Of a stretch of 37,281 bases of DNA, positions 29,685 through 37,281 are shown piece by piece. The DNA is taken from NCBI GenBank assembly GCA_035455605.1, contig DATIER010000026.1, positions 1-37,281 on the forward strand, given 5' to 3'. Positions within the stretch are counted from its first letter, which is position 1. Every line of letters begins with the position of its first letter. The notes under the pieces were generated by a model that ran no database searches, had not been told where the DNA came from, and was given only the letters and a program-made list of their open reading frames with translations. A program made the translations under genes and the position numbers. This stretch comes from Gaiellaceae bacterium. GTDB lineage: Bacteria; Actinomycetota; Thermoleophilia; Gaiellales; Gaiellaceae.

Positions 29685-32465
29685 ATGCCGATCGAGATCG
29701 TCGGCCGCGACCAGGAGCTCGCCTCCGTTCGCGCCTTCGTGGAAGGAGCAGCGGAGCGGCCCGCCGCGCTCGTGCTCGAGGGCGAGCCCGGCATCGGCAA
29801 GTCGACGCTGTGGCTTGCCGGCGTCGAGCAAGCGCGCGTCCAGGGCCTGCGCGTGCTCCGCGCGCGTCCCGCCGAGACCGAGCGCGGCCTAGCGCACGTC
29901 GCGCTCGGCGACCTGCTCGAGGACGTCGCCGACGACGTGCTGCCCGCGCTCCCGGCACCGCGCCGGCACGCGCTCGAGCTCGCGCTCCTCCGCGTCGAGC
30001 AGGACGACGATGCCGTGGACGCACGCGCTCTCGCCGTCGCGATGCGCACCGCCCTCGAGCTCCTCGCGGGCGAGCAGCCCGTTCTCGTCGCCATCGACGA
30101 CGTGCAATGGCTCGACGACTCGTCGGCGCGCGTGCTCGCCTTCGCGTTGCGCCGGCTCCACGGGGCCAACCTGCTCCTCCTGCTCACCAGGCGCGTCGGC
30201 GAAGGCTCGTCGCCGGCGGAGGTCGAGACGGCGCTCGGCCCCGATCGTCTCGAGCGCCTGCGCGTCCGGCCGCTCAGCGTCGGCGCCGTCCAGCGGCTGC
30301 TGCAGACGCGGCTCGGGATGGCGTTTCCTCGACCGTTGCTCGTCCGGATCCACGAGACCTCGGGCGGAAACCCGTTCTACGCGCTCGAGCTCGCGCGCGC
30401 GCTGGCCGTCGAGCCGGCAGCCGATCCGTCCGAGCCGCTTCCGGTTCCCGAGAGCCTGGAGGGCGTCGTGCACGACCGCCTCGCCGGGATCCACGGGAAG
30501 ACGCGGGCGGGCCTGGCCGTGGTCGCAGCCGCCGGGCGCGCGTCGCGGACGCTGCTCCGCGCCGCCGGCGTGGGGGACGAGACGCTCGAGCCTGCGTTCG
30601 CAGCCCGCGTGATCGAGGTTCACCGCGAGGTCGTCACGTTCACGCACCCGCTGCTCGCGTCGGCGTTCTACCAGGAGCTGCTTGCGGAGGAGAGGCGACG
30701 GGCGCATCGGCTCCTGGCCGGAGTCGCCGACGATCCACTCGCCCGAGCGCGGCACCTCGCTCTCGCCGCGCCACGAGCGGACGCCGATGTCGCCTCGGCC
30801 GTCGAACGGGCCGCGACGGAGGCCGCGAGCCGCGGTGCGAGCGTGGCGGCCGCGGAGCTCGCCGAGCACGCGCTTCGTCTGACCCCCCGAACTGCCGACG
30901 GCGATCGCCGCCGGCGCGCGATCCAGGCTGCGCGCGCGCAGCTGCTCGCCGGCGACGGGCGCGGCGCCCGCGCGCGCGCCGACCGGCTGCTCGCGACGGC
31001 CGAGCGGGGCCGGCAGCGCGCCGAGGCGTTGATTCTGATGAGCGACCTCGAGGCGGCAGGCAGCCTCGAGCGCGCGATCACGCTGCGCCGTGAGGCGCTC
31101 GAAGAGGCCGAAGCCGATCCCGCCTTACGCGCCGCGATTCACCAGTGGCTCGGGTTTCAGGTTCGGTCCAGCGAAGGCTTTTCGGCCGCCGAGCAGCACG
31201 CTCGCGCCGCGCTCGAGCTGGCAGAGCAGCTCGGCGACGACCCGCTGCGGGTGATGAGCCTCGCGACGCTCGGGTTCCTCCGGTTCAACGCCGCGGATCC
31301 GAACGCAGTCGGAATGGTCCGGCGCGCCTACGAGCTGGCGGCCGACGTCGACGCTCCCCGGGAGCGCCTCGAGGCGAGGTTCCTCTACGCCCGCGTCCTG
31401 CTCTGGTCCGGCCGGGTCGACCACGCGCGCACGCTGCTCGAGGAGCTCTACGGCGACCTGAGCGAGCGCGACGAGCGTCTGAGCGCCGATGCGCTCTGGT
31501 ACCTGAGCCTCGTCGAGCTGACCGCCGGGCGGCTGGATCTGGCGGCCAACCATGCCGAGCGCCAGCTGGAGATCAGCAACCAGTACGCGATCGACCACGA
31601 GGATCCCCTTGCGATCTGGGTGGTCGCGCGCATCGCCGCCCACCGGGGCGAGCTCGACCGTGCCCGGGAGCTTGCGAAGCGAAGTCGGGCGCTCGCGCAT
31701 GCCCAGCCGCTGTTCCTGGCCGGCCAGGAGGGTGTGCTGGGCCTCGTCGAAGCCTGGAGCGGGAGGCCGCACGAGGCTGTCGCTCGCTTCGCCGCCGCCG
31801 ACCGGGCCAGGTACGGCACCGGCGTTCGCGACCCGAGCGACTTCTGGTGGCGTGCCGAGTACGCGGAGGCCCTGCTCGAGGTCGGGCGGGTGGGCGACGC
31901 CGTCGACTTGCTCGACCGGTGGGCGGCGGACGCGGCACGCCTCGAACGTGAGCGTGTGCTCGTGCAGGTGAGCCGCTGCCGCGGCCTGGTCGCCGCAGCC
32001 GAGGGTGACGTCGAGGAGGCGCTCGCGCTGCTCCGGCGGGCAATCCGTCAGCATGAAGCGGTCGGTGATCCCTTCGGCCGGGCACGGGCACTGCTGGCGC
32101 TCGGGATCGTCAGGCGCCGCGCCCGTCAGAAGCGGAAGGCGCGCGAGGCTATCGAGGCGGCGATCCACGGGTTCGAGGCGATCGGTGCCCCCGGCTGGGC
32201 CGCGAAGGCGCACGCGGAGCTCGGCTCCATCGGCGGGCGTGTGCGCGAGCGCGGCCTGACCTCGGCCGAGCGCCGGGTCGCGGCGTTGGTCGCCGAAGGG
32301 CGGACGAACCGCGAGGTCGCGGCGGCGCTGTTCCTCGGCGAGCGGACGGTCGAGACGCACCTCTCGCACGTGTACGCGAAGCTCGGCGTGCGCTCCCGGA
32401 CGGAGCTCGCGCGGATGTACCGGCCCGACGAGCAAAGTTCCGGGGGTCTCGCGATTTCAAGCTGA
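29685..32465 (+). CDS. LAL-type (large ATP-binding LuxR family) transcriptional regulator: N-terminal AAA/STAND-like NTPase, central TPR-like helical repeats, C-terminal LuxR HTH
   Basis: The Walker A motif is LVLEGEPGIGKSTL and the Walker B-like motif is VLVAIDDVQWLD. A long alpha-helical middle region follows. The C-terminal HTH is LTSAERRVAALVAEGRTNREVAAALFLGERTVETHLSHVYAKLGV. Confidence 0.9.
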   Translation: MPIEIVGRDQELASVRAFVEGAAERPAALVLEGEPGIGKSTLWLAGVEQARVQGLRVLRARPAETERGLAHVALGDLLEDVADDVLPALPAPRRHALELALLRVEQDDDAVDARALAVAMRTALELLAGEQPVLVAIDDVQWLDDSSARVLAFALRRLHGANLLLLLTRRVGEGSSPAEVETALGPDRLERLRVRPLSVGAVQRLLQTRLGMAFPRPLLVRIHETSGGNPFYALELARALAVEPAADPSEPLPVPESLEGVVHDRLAGIHGKTRAGLAVVAAAGRASRTLLRAAGVGDETLEPAFAARVIEVHREVVTFTHPLLASAFYQELLAEERRRAHRLLAGVADDPLARARHLALAAPRADADVASAVERAATEAASRGASVAAAELAEHALRLTPRTADGDRRRRAIQAARAQLLAGDGRGARARADRLLATAERGRQRAEALILMSDLEAAGSLERAITLRREALEEAEADPALRAAIHQWLGFQVRSSEGFSAAEQHARAALELAEQLGDDPLRVMSLATLGFLRFNAADPNAVGMVRRAYELAADVDAPRERLEARFLYARVLLWSGRVDHARTLLEELYGDLSERDERLSADALWYLSLVELTAGRLDLAANHAERQLEISNQYAIDHEDPLAIWVVARIAAHRGELDRARELAKRSRALAHAQPLFLAGQEGVLGLVEAWSGRPHEAVARFAAADRARYGTGVRDPSDFWWRAEYAEALLEVGRVGDAVDLLDRWAADAARLERERVLVQVSRCRGLVAAAEGDVEEALALLRRAIRQHEAVGDPFGRARALLALGIVRRRARQKRKAREAIEAAIHGFEAIGAPGWAAKAHAELGSIGGRVRERGLTSAERRVAALVAEGRTNREVAAALFLGERTVETHLSHVYAKLGVRSRTELARMYRPDEQSSGGLAISS

Positions 32466-32490
32466 GGCCGGCGCCGTAGCGTCGGCCCGC

Positions 32491-32763
32491 GTGCGGAAGT
32501 ACCTCGTCGAGACCTTCCTCGCGCGTGGCGCAGCAGGCGAGCGCCGCGCGCGGGATCGGCGAGCGTGCTCGGCCGCCGAGGCGATGACGCGGGAGGGGAC
32601 GAGCGTCTGCTTCGAGGGATCGATCCACGTCCCCGAAGACGAGATCTGCTTCTTCACGTTCGCGGCTCCATCGGGGCGGACGGCCGCCCTCCTCGCCCAC
32701 CGTGCGGGGCTCGAGCCGCTTCGCGTCGTCGAGGCGATCGACTCGCGAGAGGAGGAATCGTGA
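32491..32763 (+). CDS. small DUF4242/SCO4226-like protein (family assignment from memory of the motif pattern)
   Basis: MRKYLVETFL...VCFEGSIHVPEDEICFFTFAAPSGRTAALLAHRAGLEPLRVVEAI follows the W/F-x-x-S-x-V...D...C-x-Y-x-A...G-x-P pattern of that family. GTG start. Its stop overlaps the next start (GTGA). Confidence 0.55.
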   Translation: MRKYLVETFLARGAAGERRARDRRACSAAEAMTREGTSVCFEGSIHVPEDEICFFTFAAPSGRTAALLAHRAGLEPLRVVEAIDSREEES

Positions 32764-34091
32764 AGCCGAGACTGGCTCTTCTGGCCGTTCTCCTGACCGC
32801 GCTCGCGTTCGTCGGCGCCGGGCCGAGCGCCGGAGCACCGACAACGCAATGCGCACCCGCGGCGGCCTACCCCGCCGCGCAGACCCCTGTCGCCTTCTGG
32901 AGCACCGAGGCGCGGTGCGCGATCGTCCCGGCCGGCGCCGGCCCCGAGAACTTCGGCAACAAGTTCCCGGGCGAGGCGGCGGTGTACATGGGCATCGTCC
33001 ACGCGGCGATCTACGACGCCGCAGTTGCGATCGAGGGCGGATACCGGCCCTATGCGCCCACGCCGCCCGCGCCCGCGAACACCTCGCCGGAGGCCGCGGT
33101 CGCGACGGCCGCGTACGGCACGCTCATCGGCCTGCAGCCTGCGCTCGGGCTCGACGCGAGCAGGCTGGCGATCCTGGACGGCGACTACGCCGCGTACCTG
33201 GCATCCGTTCCGGACGACGAGGCGAAGCTGAACGGGATCGCGGTCGGAGCACAGGCCGCGCAGGGCGTGCTCGCGACCCGAGCGGACGACGGCCGTGGCT
33301 GCAGCACGACGCTGCAGGATCTCGGCCCGCCGCCCGCCGGGCCGGGCGTGTGGCAGCCGAACGCCGTCGGGCCGGTGCTGGGGCTCTGCCTGCCGGGCAT
33401 GCGGCCGCTCGCGTTGCGGAGCGCGTCGCAGTTCCGCCCAGGACCGCCGCTTCCCCTGAGGAGCGGCGCCTACGCGGCCGACTTCGACCTGGTCAAGGAG
33501 CTCGGCCGGGACACGAGCACCGGCAGGACGCCCGAGCAGACGACGGAGGCGCGTTTCTGGACCGACCACGACATCCGTCAGTGGAACGACGGGCTGCTGC
33601 GGCTCGCGGCAGATCGCGGGCTGGGCCTCGTGCAGACGGCGCGCATGCTCGCGATGGCGCACGTCGCCGGCGGCGACGCGATGATCGCCTGCTTCGACGC
33701 CAAGTTCCACTACTGGGCGTGGCGGCCCTACCAGGCGATCCAGCACGCGGACGTCGACGGCAACCCGGCGACCGTGGCCGACCCGGGCTGGCTGCCGCTC
33801 GGCGCGACGCCGAACTTCCCGGAGTACCCGTCGGCGCATGCGTGTCACAGCGGGGCGGTCGTGCGCGCCCTGGAGGCGTTCTTCGGCAGCGACCGGATTC
33901 CGTTCTCGCTCGACAGCCGCGTCACCCGCACGACGACTGCCTACGCGCGTCTGCACGACGTCGTCGAAGACGTCGACCTGGCGCGCGTGCTGGTCGGCTT
34001 CCACTTCCTCCGCTCCGACGTGCGGGGCTCGAGGCTCGGACGCGAGGTGGGCGAGTACGTCGCGGCGCACGACTTCCAGCCGACGGGCTGA
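32760..34091 (+). CDS. secreted PAP2-superfamily protein, vanadium-dependent haloperoxidase / acid phosphatase-like
   Basis: The signal peptide is VKPRLALLAVLLTALAFVGAGPSAGA. The PAP2/VHPO motifs are KFHYWAWRP (K-x6-RP), EYPSAHA (PS-x-H) and ARVLVGFHFLRSD (R-x5-H). The GTG is preceded by GAGGAGGAA. Confidence 0.8.
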   Translation: MKPRLALLAVLLTALAFVGAGPSAGAPTTQCAPAAAYPAAQTPVAFWSTEARCAIVPAGAGPENFGNKFPGEAAVYMGIVHAAIYDAAVAIEGGYRPYAPTPPAPANTSPEAAVATAAYGTLIGLQPALGLDASRLAILDGDYAAYLASVPDDEAKLNGIAVGAQAAQGVLATRADDGRGCSTTLQDLGPPPAGPGVWQPNAVGPVLGLCLPGMRPLALRSASQFRPGPPLPLRSGAYAADFDLVKELGRDTSTGRTPEQTTEARFWTDHDIRQWNDGLLRLAADRGLGLVQTARMLAMAHVAGGDAMIACFDAKFHYWAWRPYQAIQHADVDGNPATVADPGWLPLGATPNFPEYPSAHACHSGAVVRALEAFFGSDRIPFSLDSRVTRTTTAYARLHDVVEDVDLARVLVGFHFLRSDVRGSRLGREVGEYVAAHDFQPTG

Positions 34092-34102
34092 GCCCTTCGG
34101 GC

Positions 34103-34140
34103 GCGCGGCGGGCGGCGTCTCCACGAGCTGCCCGCCGCGC
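34103..34140 (+). terminator. GC-rich hairpin after the haloperoxidase-like gene
   Basis: GCGCGGCGGGC-(16 nt)-GCCCGCCGCGC is a perfect 11-bp stem. It starts 12 nt after the stop. There is no U-tract. Confidence 0.5.
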
Positions 34141-34181
34141 CTCGCGCGGCACGGCGGCGTCGCAGGGTACGCTCCGCCGCC

Positions 34182-35447
34182 GTGCCACGACGCTACTTCG
34201 GAACGGACGGCGTTCGCGGGGTCGTCGGCCAGGATCTGACGCCCGAACTCGTCGAGCGCCTCGGCCGCGCGGCCACGCTCTGGTCGCGCGGTGGCCGTGT
34301 CTTCGTCGGACGCGACACGCGGGCCTCCGGCGAGGAGCTCGAGGAGGCGTTCGGCCGCGGGATCGTCGCGGCGGGCGGGAATGCGGTGCTCGCGGGCGTG
34401 CTGCCGACGCCCGCGGTGGCGCTGCTCGCGCTCGACCTCGGCGCCGTGATCTCGGCTTCGCACAACCCGCCCGAGTACAACGGCGTCAAGTTCTTCGACG
34501 GCGACGGGCGCAAGCTGACCGACGAGGCGGAGGAGGAGATCGAGGCGCTCCTCGACGCGCCGTACGTCGGCGTGCCCGGCCAGGTCGACCACGTCGGCGT
34601 GGCGACCGACAGCTACCTCGAGCACATCGTCGAGCGCTTCGGCACCGACCTCTCCGCGCTGAACATCGTCGTCGACTGCGCCAACGGCGCGTACTCCGGG
34701 ATCGCCCCGGCGGCGTTCGAGCGGCTGGGCGCGGACGTGGCCGCGATCGGCTCGTCGCCGGACGGCACGAACATCAACGTCGGCTGCGGCGCGACCGACC
34801 TGACGGCGCTGCAGGCCGCCGTGCCGGCGGCCGGCGCCGACCTCGGCGTCGCCTTCGACGGCGACGGCGACCGGATGCTGGCCGTCGACGCGCGCGGCGA
34901 GGTGGTCGACGGCGACCAGATCCTGGCGATCCTGATGCTGCACCTCGAGGTCGACCTCGTTGCCGTGACCGTGATGGCGAACCTCGGTCTGCACCGGCTC
35001 GCCGAGCAGCACGGCGTTCGCGTCGTCACGACCGACGTCGGCGACCGCTACGTGCTCGAGGCGCTCAGACGGGAGGACGGCGTGCTGGGCGGCGAGCAGT
35101 CGGGCCACATCATCTACCTGCGCGACCACGTGACCGGCGACGGGCTGGCGGCGGCGCTGCTCCTGTGCGGCGCGCTCGAGGGGCGGACCCTCGCCGAGGC
35201 GGCGGCTGCGATGCCCAGGCTGCCGCAGGCGAAGGAGAACATCCGCGTCGCCCGGCAGGAGCTCCCGGAGGCCGTGCACGAGGCCGTGAACCGCTTGAAC
35301 ACGGGTTTCGACGGGCGCGGCCGGGTGCTCGTGCGCCCCTCCGGAACGGAGCCCGTGATCCGGGTGCTGGCCGAGGCGGAAACGGCACAGGAGGCGGCGG
35401 AGGCCTGTGCTACCATCTCCGCTCTCGTAAGACGAGAGCTCGGCTGA
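34182..35447 (+). CDS. glmM: phosphoglucosamine mutase
   Basis: It contains YFGTDGVRGVVG, the phosphoserine loop ISASHNPPEYNGVKFF, the metal loop AFDGDGDRMLAVD, GEQSGH and RPSGTEPVIRV. GTG start. Confidence 0.93.
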   Translation: MPRRYFGTDGVRGVVGQDLTPELVERLGRAATLWSRGGRVFVGRDTRASGEELEEAFGRGIVAAGGNAVLAGVLPTPAVALLALDLGAVISASHNPPEYNGVKFFDGDGRKLTDEAEEEIEALLDAPYVGVPGQVDHVGVATDSYLEHIVERFGTDLSALNIVVDCANGAYSGIAPAAFERLGADVAAIGSSPDGTNINVGCGATDLTALQAAVPAAGADLGVAFDGDGDRMLAVDARGEVVDGDQILAILMLHLEVDLVAVTVMANLGLHRLAEQHGVRVVTTDVGDRYVLEALRREDGVLGGEQSGHIIYLRDHVTGDGLAAALLLCGALEGRTLAEAAAAMPRLPQAKENIRVARQELPEAVHEAVNRLNTGFDGRGRVLVRPSGTEPVIRVLAEAETAQEAAEACATISALVRRELG

Positions 35448-35508
35448 CCGGTCCGACGAGGGGCTGGGGACGCAGCCGGGCTTTCGCGTTCTACAAGGGG
35501 GTTTCGGC

Positions 35509-37281
35509 GTGTGCGGGATCATCGGATACGTCGGCCAGAGGGCCTGTAAGGAGCTTCTGCTCCAGGGGCTCGAGCGGCTCGAGTACCGCGGCTACGACTC
35601 CGCCGGGATCGCGCTCCGCGAGGACGGCGGGCTCGACTACGTCCGGTCGGTCGGGAACCTCCAGGAGCTGAAGCGCGAGGCCGGCCCGAACGGCTCGCTG
35701 GCGACGACGGGGCTCGGGCACACGCGCTGGGCGACTCACGGCGCCGTGACCGAGCAGAACGCCCATCCGCTGACCGGCTGCGACGACGGCCGGATCGCGA
35801 TCGTGCTCAACGGAATCGTGGAGAACTACCGCGAGCTGAAGGCGTCGCTCGCCGCCGACGGCCACACGTTCTCGACCGAGACCGACGCCGAGGTCGTCGT
35901 ACACCTCGTCGAGCGCCACTACGACGGCGACCTGCTCGAGGCGACGCGCGCGGCGTATGGCGAGCTCGAGGGCCACTTCGCCTTCGTCGTCATCCACCAC
36001 GACCACCCGGGCGAGCTCGTCGGCGCCCGTCACCAGTGCCCGCTGCTCGTGGGCGTCGGCGAGGGCGAGATGTTCCTCGCGTCGATGGCCGCCGCGTTCA
36101 TCGGCGAGACGCGCTCGATCCAGCTGATCGAGGACGGCGAGGTCGTGCTGATCACGCCGGCGGGCGCCCGCTTCGTGTCCGTCGAGGACGGGGAGCTCGA
36201 GCGCGAGGTGGTCGAGGTCGACTGGGATCTCGACGCCGCCGAGAAGAGCGGCTACGAGACGTTCATGCTGAAGGAGATCTACGAGCAGCCGGAGGCCGTG
36301 GCCGAGACGCTCGGCGACCGCATCCGCCACGGCGAGCTCGTGCTCGAGAGCCTCGGCATGACCGAGGTCGAGCTGCGCAACCTGCGCCGGATCGTGGTCG
36401 TCGCGGCCGGCACCTCGTACCACGCCGGCGTCGTCGGCCGCTACATGATCGAGGAGTGGGCGCGGCTCCCGGTCGAGCCCGACATCGCGAGCGAGTGGAT
36501 CTACCGCAATCCGGTGCTCTCGAAGGACACGCTCGTGATCGGGATCTCGCAATCCGGCGAGTCGCGCGACACCGTCAACGCGATCCGGCTCGCACGCGAC
36601 CTCGGCGCCCGCACCGTCGCGATCACGAACCTGATGGGCTCGCAGATCACGCGCGAGGCGGAGTCGGTGCTCTACACGCGCTGCGGCCTCGAGATCGGCG
36701 TCGCCGCCTCGAAGACCTTCACGGCGCAGGTCGCGCTGCAGGCGCTGATCGGCCTCAAGCTGGCGCAGGTGCGCAGGACGCTGCCGCCGGACGAGATCGA
36801 GTTCATCCTCGACCAGCTCTACGAGCTGCCCGCGAAGATCGAGGCGTTCCTCGACGGCGACCACCCGGTCGAGGAGATCGCGCAGCGCTTCTACGAGAAG
36901 CAGTTCTTCCTCTACCTCGGCCGGCACATCGGCCTGCCGGTCGCGCTCGAAGGAGCGCTCAAGCTGAAGGAGATCTCCTACATCCCGACCGACGCCTACT
37001 CGGCGGGCGAGATGAAGCACGGGCCGATCGCGCTGCTCGACGAGGGCACGCCGGTCGTGTGCGTCGCGACCGACCAGAAGGTGATCTACGACAAGGTCGT
37101 CTCGAACATCCAGGAGACGAGGGCCCGCGGCGCGCACGTGATCGCGATCGCGACCGACGGCAACGAGGACATCCAGCACCACGCCGACGACGTGATCTAC
37201 GTTCCGCGCTCGCCGGCCTTCCTGCAGTCCGTGCTCGCCGTGGTGCCGCTGCAGCTGCTCGCCTACCGGATCGCGCGCCTG
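35509..37281 (+). CDS. glmS: glutamine--fructose-6-phosphate aminotransferase (isomerising); 3' end outside the window
   Basis: This ORF is not in the supplied ORF track because it has no stop in the window. My own translation from GTG 35509 gives (M)CGIIGYVGQRACKELLLQGLERLEYRGYDSAGIALRED...GHTRWATHG... Two SIS domains follow (GTSYHAG, ISQSGESRDT). The frame stays open to 37281 (591 codons). Confidence 0.93.
   Translation, partial: MCGIIGYVGQRACKELLLQGLERLEYRGYDSAGIALREDGGLDYVRSVGNLQELKREAGPNGSLATTGLGHTRWATHGAVTEQNAHPLTGCDDGRIAIVLNGIVENYRELKASLAADGHTFSTETDAEVVVHLVERHYDGDLLEATRAAYGELEGHFAFVVIHHDHPGELVGARHQCPLLVGVGEGEMFLASMAAAFIGETRSIQLIEDGEVVLITPAGARFVSVEDGELEREVVEVDWDLDAAEKSGYETFMLKEIYEQPEAVAETLGDRIRHGELVLESLGMTEVELRNLRRIVVVAAGTSYHAGVVGRYMIEEWARLPVEPDIASEWIYRNPVLSKDTLVIGISQSGESRDTVNAIRLARDLGARTVAITNLMGSQITREAESVLYTRCGLEIGVAASKTFTAQVALQALIGLKLAQVRRTLPPDEIEFILDQLYELPAKIEAFLDGDHPVEEIAQRFYEKQFFLYLGRHIGLPVALEGALKLKEISYIPTDAYSAGEMKHGPIALLDEGTPVVCVATDQKVIYDKVVSNIQETRARGAHVIAIATDGNEDIQHHADDVIYVPRSPAFLQSVLAVVPLQLLAYRIARL

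Noticed and set aside
29669-31093. A 474-aa ORF and other alternative-frame ORFs inside the LAL regulator gene (30010-30612, 31145-31951, 31552-31971, 32005-32259).
   Set aside because: They are Arg/Pro/Ala-rich and lack motifs. The 29685-32465 frame carries Walker A, Walker B and a LuxR HTH, and it explains the whole interval.
35421-35508. A possible glmS ribozyme upstream of glmS. The segment contains a CGACGAGG-like stretch at 35453-35460 and a hairpin at 35421-35439 (GCTCTCGT-AAG-ACGAGAGC).
   Set aside because: The intergenic space is only 61 nt, whereas the ribozyme needs about 170 nt. I could not find the conserved AGCGCC cleavage-site/P1 segment or the nested pseudoknot elements. The hairpin lies inside the last glmM codons and is more simply a 3'-end stabiliser or terminator-like stem.
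32457-35522. A 1021-aa minus-strand ORF, the adjacent 563-aa ORF at 35491-37182, and the 989-aa plus-strand ORF at 32702-35671. The long ORFs might suggest a giant gene.
   Set aside because: The region is fully explained on the plus strand by the DUF4242-like gene, the PAP2/VHPO-like gene, glmM and glmS, all of which carry textbook motifs. The long ORFs are low-complexity, Arg-rich shadow frames that lack stops because of GC3 bias.
1-37281. Mobile genetic elements, prophage, CRISPR-cas, toxin-antitoxin or canonical defence operons.
   Set aside because: I recognised no transposase, integrase, recombinase, Cas, restriction-modification or phage structural genes in any frame. The only candidates for accessory DNA are the collagen-like gene, the LAL-DUF4242-VHPO unit and the PLD/UDG-like pair. 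All three are reported as findings without any claim of mobility.

Overview
The window is a very GC-rich chromosomal segment, judged by eye rather than computed. Gene content and synteny fit a high-GC Actinomycetota genome. A Thermoleophilia or Solirubrobacterales-like organism is only a guess. I support 40 protein-coding genes, densely packed, with many 1-, 4-, 8- or 14-nt start/stop overlaps. I found no rRNA, tRNA, CRISPR array, transposase or integrase.

Gene order:
- A DasR/HutC-type GntR regulator (3' end only), then a CUT1 sugar ABC importer (binding protein plus 2 permeases, no ATPase) and a NagZ-type GH3 hexosaminidase. dre-like operators sit around its promoter.
- A HAD phosphatase, an MBL-like protein, an AlkA-like glycosylase, a GNAT fusion protein, a GST, an alpha/beta hydrolase and a rhodanese.
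- A minus-strand secreted trio: a serine hydrolase, an orphan LivK-type binding protein and an unknown beta-rich protein.
- murI-rph-(mgtC-family)-rdgB, then yihY, a solo Roadblock/LC7 protein, a small ORF, pyrE, HU, pyrF, a LysM protein, a DD-carboxypeptidase and a PfkB kinase.
- A membrane-anchored collagen-like protein that ends in seven 50-aa Cys-pair repeats.
- guaB3-guaA, then a double-HKD PLD-like protein divergently overlapping a UDG-superfamily gene that runs straight into rplM-rpsI.
- A LAL-type LuxR regulator, a DUF4242-like protein and a secreted PAP2/vanadium-haloperoxidase-like enzyme. These three sit between rpsI and glmM-glmS.

Most noteworthy:
1. The collagen-stalk plus predicted 7-bladed Cys-clamped propeller protein.
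2. A 164-nt rod-like inverted-repeat element that exactly fills the GST/hydrolase intergenic gap.
3. The 4.4-kb LAL-DUF4242-haloperoxidase-like insertion into conserved rplM-rpsI-glmM synteny.
4. The secreted hydrolase / orphan binding protein / unknown protein module.
5. The PLD/UDG-like pair fused to the rplM operon, with a hairpin plus T5 directly at the rplM start.
6. An mgtC-family gene wedged between rph and rdgB, leaving rdgB with only a CTG start.
7. A recurring AGGGACWGTCCCT palindrome just after stop codons.
8. Leaderless-type promoter geometry in very short divergent intergenic regions.

I treat the many long Arg/Ala/Pro/Gly-rich ORFs in the six-frame track as high-GC shadow ORFs.
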